A stretch of 64,000 nucleotides of DNA from positions 15,904 through 79,903 of the forward strand of contig CBFIJD010000007.1 of assembly GCA_965662845.1 (NCBI GenBank), written 5' to 3'. The translations under genes were made by a program, and so were the position numbers. The first letter of the stretch is position 1. Each line of letters starts with the position of its first letter. The notes under the pieces were generated by a model, which did not search any database, was not told the DNA's origin, and saw only the letters and a program-made list of their open reading frames with translations. Positions 30,967-39,725 of the stretch are shown in pieces. The stretch is from an uncultured bacterium. Lineage in GTDB: Bacteria > SAR324 > NAC60-12.

Positions 30967-32739
30967 ATGGAACTGCGCTATCAGAATCTGGTGGAAATGA
31001 TGGAGCGCTGCTGCGCGGAGTACGCCGACCGACCCATGTTCGGCACCAAAGAGAACGAGACGTATCAGTGGGTGTCGTTCAAGGAGTTTGGGGAAACCGT
31101 GACCGACTTACGAGGCGCGCTCACCAGTCTGGGGGTCGGGGAAGGCGACAGCGTGGGCGTGATCGCCGACAACATGATCCCTTGGGTGACGATGGCATAT
31201 GCGACCTACAGCGTCGGCGGGATCTATGTGCCCATGTACACAAAGCAACAAGTGGATGAGTGGAAGTACATTTTGCGGGACGCGAACTGCAAGATCCTGC
31301 TCGTTGCTACCGAGTCGCTCTACCGAGCCGCGGAGTCATGGAAAAGCGATCTGCCAGACTTAGAGCAGGTCATTTTGTTGACAGAACCCAAGTCCGATGA
31401 GCCCCTGCTGACTTACGCGCAGCTTCTCAAAAACGGAAAAGAGCACCCGTGGGTCGCGCCCGTGTACCCCGAACCAGACAAGCTGATGGGGATGATCTAC
31501 ACCTCGGGGACCACGGGGATGCCCAAAGGCGTGCAGATGAGCCACCGCACCGTCCTGCTTACGCTACAGGCGGGCCTAGAAGCGATCCCCGCAAACGCCG
31601 ATGACCGCACGCTCGCCTTCCTGCCGTGGGCGCACATCTTCGGGCAAATCTGCGAAGTGCATGGGCTCATCTGGGAAGGGTTCTCAGCCGCGATGCTGCA
31701 AAACCTCGGAAAACTGGTCGATGAGCTTGGCGAGGTTCGACCGACGATGCTGTTCGCGGTGCCGCGTGTTTACAACCGCATCCACGAGAAGTTGCACCTG
31801 CAGATCTACAGCAAGTCTCCGACGCTCTACGCCTTGTTTGAGAAGGGGCTGGTCTGTTCTTCAAAGCGCCGTCGTGGTGAGCGCTTGCTGCCGCATGAGT
31901 GGTTGATCTTCAAAATTTGCGACAAGCTGTTCTTCTCAAAAGTGCGCGCGAAGTTTGGCGGGCGGTTACGCTTTGCCTATAGCGGGGGGAGCGCCCTCAA
32001 TGCGGAAGTGATTGAGTTCATGCAGAACATGGGCATCAACCTGATGGAAGGCTACGGACTCAGCGAGGTCATCGCGGCAGTGAATCGTCCCGAACGCCAA
32101 AAGATTGGCGCCGTCGGGCAAGTGCTGTCAGACGTTCGCATCGAGATTGACCAGTCCGTCAGCTCGGGTGATAGCCGTGATGGGGAGATCGTCATTTACG
32201 GTCCGCTGGTCACCCCGGGCTATCACAACTTGCCGGAAGAAAACGCCAAGTCCTTCACGTCCGATGGCGGCTTCCGCACCGGTGATGTCGGACACTTTGA
32301 TGAAGAGGGCTACCTGCACATCACGGGGCGCGTGAAAGAGATCTACAAACTTGAGAATGGTAAATACATCGCGCCAGCGCTCTTAGAAGAAGCGATCAAG
32401 CTCAGCCCGTTTGTGAATCAGGTCATGATCTATGGCTTCCAGAAGGTCTACAACGTGGCGCTAGTGGTGGTGGAATTGGAGGCGATCCAGTCTTACGCAG
32501 AGCGCAACGACATGCAGGGAGAGGTCAGCGATTGGCTACGGTCGGAAGAAATTCAGGATTTGATGAAGAAAGAAATCCGCAAGCACACCAAAGATTTTCA
32601 AGATTATGAGCGCCCTAAGCGGTTTCACTTGCTCACAGAGGAGTGGACGGTCGAGAACAATCTGATCACTCCAACATTGAAGTTGAAGCGTAATTTGGTC
32701 GAGCAGCGCTTCCAGAAAGAGTTGGAAGCCATGTATTGA
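30967..32739 (+). CDS. Long-chain fatty acid--CoA ligase (AMP-dependent synthetase, FadD-like)
   Basis: The AMP-binding motif is IYTSGTTGMPKGVQMSHR, and the C-terminus carries GWFRTGD/GDVG plus a Lys motif. The protein is 590 aa. Confidence 0.85.
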   Translation: MELRYQNLVEMMERCCAEYADRPMFGTKENETYQWVSFKEFGETVTDLRGALTSLGVGEGDSVGVIADNMIPWVTMAYATYSVGGIYVPMYTKQQVDEWKYILRDANCKILLVATESLYRAAESWKSDLPDLEQVILLTEPKSDEPLLTYAQLLKNGKEHPWVAPVYPEPDKLMGMIYTSGTTGMPKGVQMSHRTVLLTLQAGLEAIPANADDRTLAFLPWAHIFGQICEVHGLIWEGFSAAMLQNLGKLVDELGEVRPTMLFAVPRVYNRIHEKLHLQIYSKSPTLYALFEKGLVCSSKRRRGERLLPHEWLIFKICDKLFFSKVRAKFGGRLRFAYSGGSALNAEVIEFMQNMGINLMEGYGLSEVIAAVNRPERQKIGAVGQVLSDVRIEIDQSVSSGDSRDGEIVIYGPLVTPGYHNLPEENAKSFTSDGGFRTGDVGHFDEEGYLHITGRVKEIYKLENGKYIAPALLEEAIKLSPFVNQVMIYGFQKVYNVALVVVELEAIQSYAERNDMQGEVSDWLRSEEIQDLMKKEIRKHTKDFQDYERPKRFHLLTEEWTVENNLITPTLKLKRNLVEQRFQKELEAMY

Positions 32740-33315
32740 TCAAAACCACTGCTGGAGGGCTCCCCAAATGGCGTCTTTTCCCATCTTTGCCAGCGAAGAG
32801 TGCGGCAAGGGATCAGACGCGAGCCCCAGCTCGTCACGCACGAGCTTCAGCTGCTTCTGATATTGCCCACGCTTCAGCTTATCCATCTTGTTCGCGATCA
32901 CCAGCACAGGCTTTTCATAATAATCTAGCCACTCTTTCATCTGCTTATCATTGTTGTTGGGCCCATGTCGCACATCAATGATCAACACGACCCCCTTCAG
33001 CACCGCTCGATCCGATAAATATCCTTCAATCATGGGTTGCCATTGGCGCTGCACCGCCGTGGGCACCTTGGCGTAGCCATATCCGGGCAAGTCGACTAAC
33101 TGAAAATCATCGTTGATGCGGAAGAAATTGATGAGTTGGGTTTTGCCCGGCGTGGAGCTGGTTTTGACGAGCCCCTTGCGGTTGAGCAGCGAGTTGATGA
33201 GGGTGGACTTGCCGACATTGGATTTGCCGGCGAAGGCGATCTCTGAGAGTTCTGGGGGAGGGTACTGATCGGAGTTCGCCGCGCTTTTCACAAACTCGGC
33301 GGTGTGAATTTTCAT
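32740..33315 (-). CDS. engB: Ribosome biogenesis GTPase YsxC/EngB
   Basis: Carries AFAGKSNVGKSTLINSL (G1), DLPGYGYA (G3) and NKMDK (G4). Confidence 0.9.
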   Translation of the reverse strand: MKIHTAEFVKSAANSDQYPPPELSEIAFAGKSNVGKSTLINSLLNRKGLVKTSSTPGKTQLINFFRINDDFQLVDLPGYGYAKVPTAVQRQWQPMIEGYLSDRAVLKGVVLIIDVRHGPNNNDKQMKEWLDYYEKPVLVIANKMDKLKRGQYQKQLKLVRDELGLASDPLPHSSLAKMGKDAIWGALQQWF

Positions 33316-34211
33316 GACTCATCTTCCGCGCGCTTGTTTTCCTGCAACGTGACACGATCGACATTTTCCTGTGCATCGGGATCGTCCACCATCTCGGCAG
33401 GGATTGCCAAGTAGCGCTGCGCTTGCTGTCGCAAGTGCTCTTCGCGACAAGCCGGTTCGTTGCGGGAGAGGTCCAAGTAGAGCAAAACTGTTACAATCGA
33501 GGCATAAGGATAGAACAAGAGCGCAGTCAGGTATTGCGCTTGCCGCAAGGCGGTCATGAACTCATCGCTGCCCAAAGTATCGCTGATTGCTTGATCAATT
33601 TCGCCCTCTGCAGAGAGCAAGGCACCAAAGTTGATTTCCGGCATAAAGAACTGCAACAGCAACACAAAGAGCGCGAATTGCAGAAGCGTTGTGAACACGA
33701 TCGTCCCAAACGTCCTGCCAAGACGACTCTTCGTCAGCTGAAAGCTCCGCACCAGCGCTTGCAATCCCCGCAAGTCTTCCAGAATGCAGACGGGCTGCGC
33801 GATCGCGAACACGAAAATACTGCCCAGCCACATCGCAACCAAGATCACGTTCATCGGCGGAGGGAACACCAGCCCAGTCATGCCAAAGATGAACAGCAAA
33901 TACTGCAAGATGCCCACGTGCAGGGGACGGAGGGCCGTGCGAGACAAAAACTGCTGCAAGATCGTGCCTGTCGGGAAAATGCCCGCAAATAAGATCGACA
34001 AGATGCCGAGCATCACGCCAGCTTCGAGCAGTCGCATCATCAAAAAGAGCACAACGCTCTCGGTTTCCATCAAGTCTGCGAGGCTCAAGCCCATCGCTGG
34101 CAACAACAAAACGAGCGTCAGGCTCAAGATCGGTACCAGATGTGCTCGATAAATCTGCCAACTCTGAACAAAAATAGAAAAGATCGAAGGAGACGGAGGA
34201 ATAACGCTCAT
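33312..34211 (-). CDS. Hypothetical polytopic membrane protein
   Basis: It has about six predicted TM helices. Its stop overlaps the engB start as ATGA. The start is ambiguous, either M 34211 or the upstream M 34334. Confidence 0.5.
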   Translation of the reverse strand: MSVIPPSPSIFSIFVQSWQIYRAHLVPILSLTLVLLLPAMGLSLADLMETESVVLFLMMRLLEAGVMLGILSILFAGIFPTGTILQQFLSRTALRPLHVGILQYLLFIFGMTGLVFPPPMNVILVAMWLGSIFVFAIAQPVCILEDLRGLQALVRSFQLTKSRLGRTFGTIVFTTLLQFALFVLLLQFFMPEINFGALLSAEGEIDQAISDTLGSDEFMTALRQAQYLTALLFYPYASIVTVLLYLDLSRNEPACREEHLRQQAQRYLAIPAEMVDDPDAQENVDRVTLQENKRAEDES

Positions 34212-34301
34212 GCAGTGCTTTGGTAAGACAAGTTGGAATGTTTGGGAAGTGGACGCAGAAGACGGTCGCCCAAAGTGGGGATTTTGTGGTGCAATGAGAA
34301 A

Positions 34302-35324
34302 ATGATGAAAGAAAAAAATATAACCCGAACACAAACGGCTTTACAAGTCGAAGCCTCGCAACAAACCTTGCCGGATGAGTCGGATCTCATCATCCACGAG
34401 TTGAATCAAAAACTCGCGGTGCTGCGGCAGCAACTGCTAAATTATGAGCACAAACGCTCCCGCAAGGCGGCTGCGGATCCGGAACATCAGCAAACCACGC
34501 AGCGCCTCCGCGAGCGCATCGCGCGGCAGGAAGAGCAAGTCCAACGCCTCCGCGAAGAAAAAGCCGCCGCGCAGTTCCAAGCGGAGATGCTGCCCCGTAC
34601 GGTCGACACCCTGCGCGAGCCTGTTACGCAGGTTCATGAACAGCTAGACCTGCTGCTTCAGAAAATTGAAGACCCAGAGGTGCGGCGAGCACTCCAGCAG
34701 TGTCAACAATTGGCGACACAAATGCTCGTCGACGCTGAGGCCCAATGTGCCTCCGCAGAAGAGATCAACAAGCACTACGAACCCCAAAAACGCGCCGTCG
34801 AATTGCTGCGATTTTTTCGCAATGTCGCGAGGAATTACACACAGAAAGAGGAATGTCCCCTGCGCCTTTTCGCTTCCCCCCGACTGCCCCAGCAAATGCT
34901 GGTTGACCCTGCCGGTCTCCGTAGAGCCTTGGGCGCTTTGATGCAAGAGGCGCATCGCCGCAATCCTGACAAGCAGCTCCAGCTGCTGCTGCAACCCAAA
35001 GAGGGGCAGGCCTCTTCCGAATTGCAGATCACCATCAAAGGCGGCTCTCCGTGGCAGATCCCCCCCGTGGAGAGCTGGGGGCGCTACCTTGAGCACGCCA
35101 TGACTGATGATCACAGCAACGATGAAGAAAAAGCTGAGTTGTTGGTGGGACGAAAGATTGTGCAGGCGCATCAGGGGAAAATCTCGTTGCGCCGCGAGGG
35201 GGGAGATGTCGTTGGGCTAGAGGTCAACTTGCCGCTAGCGGCTCCAAGCGCTCTGAACGGTCAGGCCTATCCAGCCAGCGCCCAGAGCAACCGCGATGCT
35301 TCTACCACCGCGACGAATCCTTAG
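34302..35324 (+). CDS. Coiled-coil protein with a degenerate histidine-kinase-like ATPase (HATPase_c-like) C-terminal domain
   Basis: The N-terminal 200 aa are Q/E/R-rich coiled coil. The C-terminus reads LGALMQEAHRRNP...ELLVGRKIVQAHQGKISLRREGGDVVGLEVNLPL, which follows the HATPase_c fold pattern, but the G1/G2 glycine boxes and the N-box Asn are absent. Confidence 0.45.
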   Translation: MMKEKNITRTQTALQVEASQQTLPDESDLIIHELNQKLAVLRQQLLNYEHKRSRKAAADPEHQQTTQRLRERIARQEEQVQRLREEKAAAQFQAEMLPRTVDTLREPVTQVHEQLDLLLQKIEDPEVRRALQQCQQLATQMLVDAEAQCASAEEINKHYEPQKRAVELLRFFRNVARNYTQKEECPLRLFASPRLPQQMLVDPAGLRRALGALMQEAHRRNPDKQLQLLLQPKEGQASSELQITIKGGSPWQIPPVESWGRYLEHAMTDDHSNDEEKAELLVGRKIVQAHQGKISLRREGGDVVGLEVNLPLAAPSALNGQAYPASAQSNRDASTTATNP

Positions 35325-35329
35325 TTTTG

Positions 35330-35734
35330 TTAGGCCGTGCCCGACTGGGAAGACGAAGCCTGAGCCTCTGCTTTTGTCGCCGCCTGATTCTGCTCTACGC
35401 GCTCTTGCATCTTATCTTGCCCTTTCTCAAAAGCGCTCGCTAGCGATTCCAGCTTTTCACCTGTGCTCATCTTCGATAAGTTCAGCGTTCCCATTTTGTT
35501 GGCCACCCCACCAAAGTCATTCTCGAACGATTGCTTGATCTCCTTGACCTCCAAATCCCGTTCGAGATTGTCCATTTCGGTCTGCACGGTGTTGCGCACC
35601 TCGTTGGTCGCCCGCTTGAACTCCACAAGTCCTTTGCCAACCGAACGCAACACTCCTGGCAGTTGCTTGGGGCCAATAAAAATCAGAGCCACGACAGTGA
35701 TCAGGATAAGCTCTGGAAGACCGATTCCGAACAT
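35330..35734 (-). CDS. tatA: Twin-arginine translocase subunit of the TatA/TatB family (134 aa, TatB-like length)
   Basis: MFGIGLPELILITVVALIFIGPKQLPGVLRSVGKGLVEFKRA is the canonical TatA/B N-terminus. An amphipathic helix and an acidic tail follow. Confidence 0.8.
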   Translation of the reverse strand: MFGIGLPELILITVVALIFIGPKQLPGVLRSVGKGLVEFKRATNEVRNTVQTEMDNLERDLEVKEIKQSFENDFGGVANKMGTLNLSKMSTGEKLESLASAFEKGQDKMQERVEQNQAATKAEAQASSSQSGTA

Positions 35735-35802
35735 GATTGCTCCTTTTTGACGAACACGTTGCAAAAGCCTGCACTTATATCCTTCCCGCCGAGGAAACGC
35801 AA

Positions 35803-37614
35803 ATGCCCGCTGACTTTATCGCTGTCTTAGATTTTGGTAGCCAATATGCCCACCTGATCGCCAAACGCATCCGCCACTTGGGGTTTTTCACAGAAATCTT
35901 TGCGCCATCTGTGGAGACCCAGCGCCTGCGCGACGCCAAAGGCATTATCTTGTCGGGTGGTCCAGCGTCTGTTTTTGACAACGCGGCGCCAGCGCTCAAC
36001 CCAGAGATCCTCACCCTGTCGCAGCCGATGCTAGGGCTTTGCTACGGTCATCAGCTGATTGCCCAGCACTTTGGTGGAACCGTCGCGAATACAGGACAAG
36101 GCGAGTTTGGGAAGGCGCAGCTGCGTCTGATAAAGACCTCTCCACTTTGGGAACAAGTGCCCGAAACCTCACAAGTCTGGATGAGCCATCAAGACAGCGT
36201 GACGCAGCCTCCGCCAGGCTTTGACGTGATCGCCGAGACTCTCCCCGGCTCCATCGCGGCGATGCAGCACCAGACGCGCCCGCTCTTCACATTGCAGTTT
36301 CACCCAGAAGTCACAGACTCCCAATGCGGCACCCAAATCCTGCACAACTTTGTGAAGCAGTGTAGCGCGAACAAGAGCTGGAGTATGGAGCGCTTCATCG
36401 AAGCGACGACGCAGCAGCTGCAAGCGGAGGTTGGCGAGCGCAATGTGTTGATGTTTCTCAGCGGCGGTGTGGACTCTTCCGTCGCATTTGCGCTGCTCAC
36501 CAAAGCGCTGGGCACGGAGCGGGTGCTCGGGCTGTTCATCGACAACGGCTTCTTGCGGAAAAACGAAGCCGCGCAGATCATGGAGCGCTACACAGCGCTA
36601 GGGCTCACGAACGTTCGCGCCCGCGACTGCGCTGAGCAATTTCTGCAGGCTATCGCTGGCGAGGTCGACCCACAGCGCAAACGTCAGTCTGTCGGCGCGA
36701 CGTTTATTCATCGGCTCAACGCGTTCTTGCAAGAACTCAATCTTGACCCAGAACGCTGGATGCTCGGGCAAGGTACGCTCTATCCTGATATCATCGAGTC
36801 AGGGGGAACCGAGCACGCCAACGTAATCAAATCGCATCACAACCGCGTGCAAGAAGTCCAAGACTTGATGGAGGCCGGACAGGTCGTGGAGCCGCTCAAA
36901 GAACTCTACAAAGACGAAGTGCGACAAGTTGGAGAGCTGCTCGGTCTACCGCGCGAGATCGTCTGGCGACAGCCGTTCCCCGGCCCTGGGCTCTCCATCA
37001 ACGTACTCTGCGATGATGGGAACACGCCGCTGCGACACGCTTCTCCCGAGACGCTACAAGCTCTGCAAACCTTCGCTTCTGCCACGACGGACCTCTCGTT
37101 GCTGCCTGTACGCTCGGTCGGCGTGCAAGGAGACCAGCGCACCTACACCCAGCCCGCTGTGATCCTCGGAGCGAACGACTGGGACTGGCTCGAAGAGACC
37201 TCGATTGCGATTACAAATCAAATCCGCGCTGTGAACCGCGTGGTGGCGTATTTGCCGCCAGAACCCGCGACACGGCTGCCTCATTGGAAGTCTCGCCGCG
37301 CTTTCTGCGACCAACCTCGCCTTGACCTACTGCGCGACGCGGAGGAGATCGTCAGCGCCACCTTTGCGCGTCATGGTTGGATGGAGCGCATCTTCCAGCT
37401 ACTTGTGATCCTCCTGCCAATCTCGCAAACTGGGACGCAAGACAGCGTCGTGCTCCGACCTGTGATCTCCGAAGATGTGATGACGGCCCGCTTTGCGCCG
37501 ATCGGCTGGGACGTCGTGCAAGAGACGCTCACCCAACTCTACGCCTTGAGCGGTATTGACTCGGTCTTTTTTGATGTGACGCACAAGCCACCAGCTACGT
37601 TTGGTTGGGAATAG
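35803..37614 (+). CDS. guaA: GMP synthase (glutamine-hydrolysing)
   Basis: The GATase domain has IAVLDFGSQYAHLIAKRIR and the Cys-containing GLCYGHQL. The ATP-PPase loop is SGGVDSSV, and the C-terminus is KPPATFGWE. ATG 35803 lies within the track ORF that starts at 35737. Confidence 0.9.
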   Translation: MPADFIAVLDFGSQYAHLIAKRIRHLGFFTEIFAPSVETQRLRDAKGIILSGGPASVFDNAAPALNPEILTLSQPMLGLCYGHQLIAQHFGGTVANTGQGEFGKAQLRLIKTSPLWEQVPETSQVWMSHQDSVTQPPPGFDVIAETLPGSIAAMQHQTRPLFTLQFHPEVTDSQCGTQILHNFVKQCSANKSWSMERFIEATTQQLQAEVGERNVLMFLSGGVDSSVAFALLTKALGTERVLGLFIDNGFLRKNEAAQIMERYTALGLTNVRARDCAEQFLQAIAGEVDPQRKRQSVGATFIHRLNAFLQELNLDPERWMLGQGTLYPDIIESGGTEHANVIKSHHNRVQEVQDLMEAGQVVEPLKELYKDEVRQVGELLGLPREIVWRQPFPGPGLSINVLCDDGNTPLRHASPETLQALQTFASATTDLSLLPVRSVGVQGDQRTYTQPAVILGANDWDWLEETSIAITNQIRAVNRVVAYLPPEPATRLPHWKSRRAFCDQPRLDLLRDAEEIVSATFARHGWMERIFQLLVILLPISQTGTQDSVVLRPVISEDVMTARFAPIGWDVVQETLTQLYALSGIDSVFFDVTHKPPATFGWE

Positions 37615-37654
37615 CAATCATCTGTGAATCATTCATGAAGAGAAGGTAGGCCTT

Positions 37655-38191
37655 ATGGTCATTTCCCGTCCACTCCAGCTTCCTCGCACCGAAGACATCC
37701 ACGAAGAGAACCTTGTGCCGGTGGTTCGCCAACTTGCCAGTGCGGTGAGTGAACTGACGGACGTACAGAACAGCCGCGACATGCAGCTCGTCAACGCGAT
37801 TGGCGACGTCAAAACAGAGGTGAAAGGCTTGCGCAAAGAGTTTGAAACTTCCCGCAAGGACTCGAACGCTCGCCTGGATCAAACGAACAGCCGCTTAGAT
37901 CAAACGAACAGCCGTCTGGAAGAGACGAACAGCCGCCTAGATCAAACCAACAGTCGTCTGGATCAAACGAACCAGCGCCTTGACAACCTGCATGACGACT
38001 TTGGTCAACTCCGCGCAGAGTTCGAAGGCTTTCGCTCCGACGCGAACCAGCGTCTGGATCAAACGAACCAGCGTCTGGACCAAACGAACAGCCGTCTGGA
38101 CCAAACGAACCAGCGTCTGGAGAACCTAGAGCACTCACAGTCCGAGATGGTCGAGTTGCTCAAAATGATCGCTCACAACACCTCGAAGTGA
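37655..38191 (+). CDS. Heptad-repeat (Lpp-like) coiled-coil protein with about 10 tandem xRLDQTN heptads. No signal peptide is evident.
   Basis: The protein contains ARLDQTN SRLDQTN SRLEETN SRLDQTN SRLDQTN QRLDNLH ... QRLDQTN QRLDQTN SRLDQTN QRLENLE. The QRLDN motif resembles the Braun lipoprotein heptads. Confidence 0.6.
   Translation: MVISRPLQLPRTEDIHEENLVPVVRQLASAVSELTDVQNSRDMQLVNAIGDVKTEVKGLRKEFETSRKDSNARLDQTNSRLDQTNSRLEETNSRLDQTNSRLDQTNQRLDNLHDDFGQLRAEFEGFRSDANQRLDQTNQRLDQTNSRLDQTNQRLENLEHSQSEMVELLKMIAHNTSK
37867..38130 (+). repeat. Imperfect in-frame 21-bp tandem repeats (consensus AGCCGTCTGGATCAAACGAAC) in two blocks, 5+1 and 3+1 units
   Basis: Read directly from the sequence. The units differ mainly at synonymous positions (ctg/tta/cta, acg/acc). 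Confidence 0.85.
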
Positions 38192-38206
38192 CCGCAATAG
38201 CCACAA

Positions 38207-38710
38207 ATGAATCCCCAAGATCCCCTCGCTGAGTTGCGTGAGATTGTCATCCCGCCTCCACCGTCGTTCTGGCCGCTGGCGCCGGGGTGGTGGCTCGCGC
38301 TCGCGTTGCTGCTCACCGTTCTGTTAGTCCTCAGTTGGCTGACGTGGCGCTGGTGGCGCCGTACGGCGCCGCGGCGGATGGCTCTGCGCCAGTTGCAAGC
38401 GCTGCGAACAGAGCTTCACGCTGCAGAGGACACGCTGCTGATAGTGCGGCGTTTGTCACAGCTGTTGCGTGAGACGGCGTTGCGCTGTCACCCGTGGGAA
38501 CGAGTTGCCGGATTGCACGGACAAGCGTGGTTGGAATTTCTCGACAGCACTGGTGGTGCGCAACAATTCACCCAAGGTGAGGGCAAAATCCTCGCAGAAG
38601 CTCCTTATCGCGCCGAAGTGCAAGATGTCGAGCCTGCGAGGCTGTTCCCCATTTGCCAAGCTTGGATTCGCCAACAACGGCTCCCTTCTTCCCGCAGTGC
38701 TCATGCTTGA
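38207..38710 (+). CDS. DUF4381-like membrane protein (Pro-rich N-terminus, single TM helix, Trp/Arg-rich juxtamembrane region)
   Basis: Contains IPPPPSFWPLAPGWWLALALLLTVLLVLSWLTWRWWRR. This family typically sits directly upstream of BatA-type VWA genes. Its stop overlaps the batA-like start as ATGCTTGA. Confidence 0.5.
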   Translation: MNPQDPLAELREIVIPPPPSFWPLAPGWWLALALLLTVLLVLSWLTWRWWRRTAPRRMALRQLQALRTELHAAEDTLLIVRRLSQLLRETALRCHPWERVAGLHGQAWLEFLDSTGGAQQFTQGEGKILAEAPYRAEVQDVEPARLFPICQAWIRQQRLPSSRSAHA

Positions 38711-39725
38711 ATTTCTCTGGCCTTGGCTCGCGCTCGCGTGGCCGCTTCCCTTGCTGATTCGGTGGTTTTGGTCGGCAGAGGCTACTCCTCCAGCGGCGCT
38801 GCGTGTTCCGTTCCTGCATCGCTTGCAGCAGCTCTCTGCGGCGCAAGAGTCGCCGTTGCCACGTCGTTCGTGGGCACCATTGGCGTTCGCGTTGTTGTTG
38901 TGGACGCTCCTCGTTATCGCGGCGCTGCGTCCGCAGTGGGTAGGTGATCCCATTGAGCTGCCGGTCTCTGGGCGCAGCTTGATGTTAGCGGTCGATTTGT
39001 CAGGTAGCATGAAAGAAGAAGATTTGCAGCTTCGCGGAGACTACGTCACGCGCTTGACGGTCGTGCAGTCGGTTTTGGAGGAGTTCATTGCGCGGCGGGA
39101 AGGCGATCGCCTCGGGCTGATTTTGTTCGGTGAGCAGGCGTACTTGCAGACGCCGCTGACTTTTGATCGCAACACGATTCAGCAAATGCTGCGCGAAGCC
39201 GTGATTGGACTGGCGGGGGAACGTACGGCCATCGGGAACGCGATTGGGCTCGGGGTGAAGCGCTTGCAAGAGCTGGAAGAGTCGGAGCGCGTGCTGATCT
39301 TGTTGACGGACGGGGCAAACACGGCGGGTGACATCTCCCCAGGACAAGCAGCGCGGCTCGCGGCGCAGGCAGGCATTCGCATCTATACGATTGGTGTCGG
39401 TGCTGATGAAATGCTGGTGCGCACCTTCTTCGGGACGCAACGGGTCAATCCTTCTCGTGACCTTGATGAGCAGCTGCTACAGAGCATCGCTGTTCAAACG
39501 GGAGGCCGCTACTTCCGCGCTCGCAGCACGCAAGAGCTGGCGCAAATTTATCAACTCCTCGATGAGTTGGAACCCGTCGAACGCGACGCCGAAGTCTTTC
39601 GCCCACTGCAACCGCTCTACCTCTATCCGCTGGGGCTCGCCTTGTTGTTGAGCGCGCTGTGGGTGCTTCGCGACCTCTGGCGACAAAACATCGCTCCTCG
39701 CCTCCGCAAGCCAGCGCATGGCTGA
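38703..39725 (+). CDS. VWA-domain membrane protein, BatA-like
   Basis: There are two N-terminal TM helices, then a VWA domain with MIDAS LMLAVDLSGSMKEED...ILLTDGANTAGD...YTIGVGAD, and a C-terminal TM helix. Confidence 0.75.
   Translation: MLEFLWPWLALAWPLPLLIRWFWSAEATPPAALRVPFLHRLQQLSAAQESPLPRRSWAPLAFALLLWTLLVIAALRPQWVGDPIELPVSGRSLMLAVDLSGSMKEEDLQLRGDYVTRLTVVQSVLEEFIARREGDRLGLILFGEQAYLQTPLTFDRNTIQQMLREAVIGLAGERTAIGNAIGLGVKRLQELEESERVLILLTDGANTAGDISPGQAARLAAQAGIRIYTIGVGADEMLVRTFFGTQRVNPSRDLDEQLLQSIAVQTGGRYFRARSTQELAQIYQLLDELEPVERDAEVFRPLQPLYLYPLGLALLLSALWVLRDLWRQNIAPRLRKPAHG

Noticed and set aside
33423-34332. 189-aa plus-strand and 245-aa minus-strand ORFs overlapping the membrane-protein gene at 33312-34211
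   Set aside because: These are alternative frames of the same region. The chosen frame gives consistent TM helices and an ATGA junction with engB.
37867-38130. The 21-bp tandem repeats as a possible CRISPR array or VNTR outside genes
   Set aside because: The repeats are in frame within a continuous ORF. They have no spacers and encode heptads, so this is not CRISPR.
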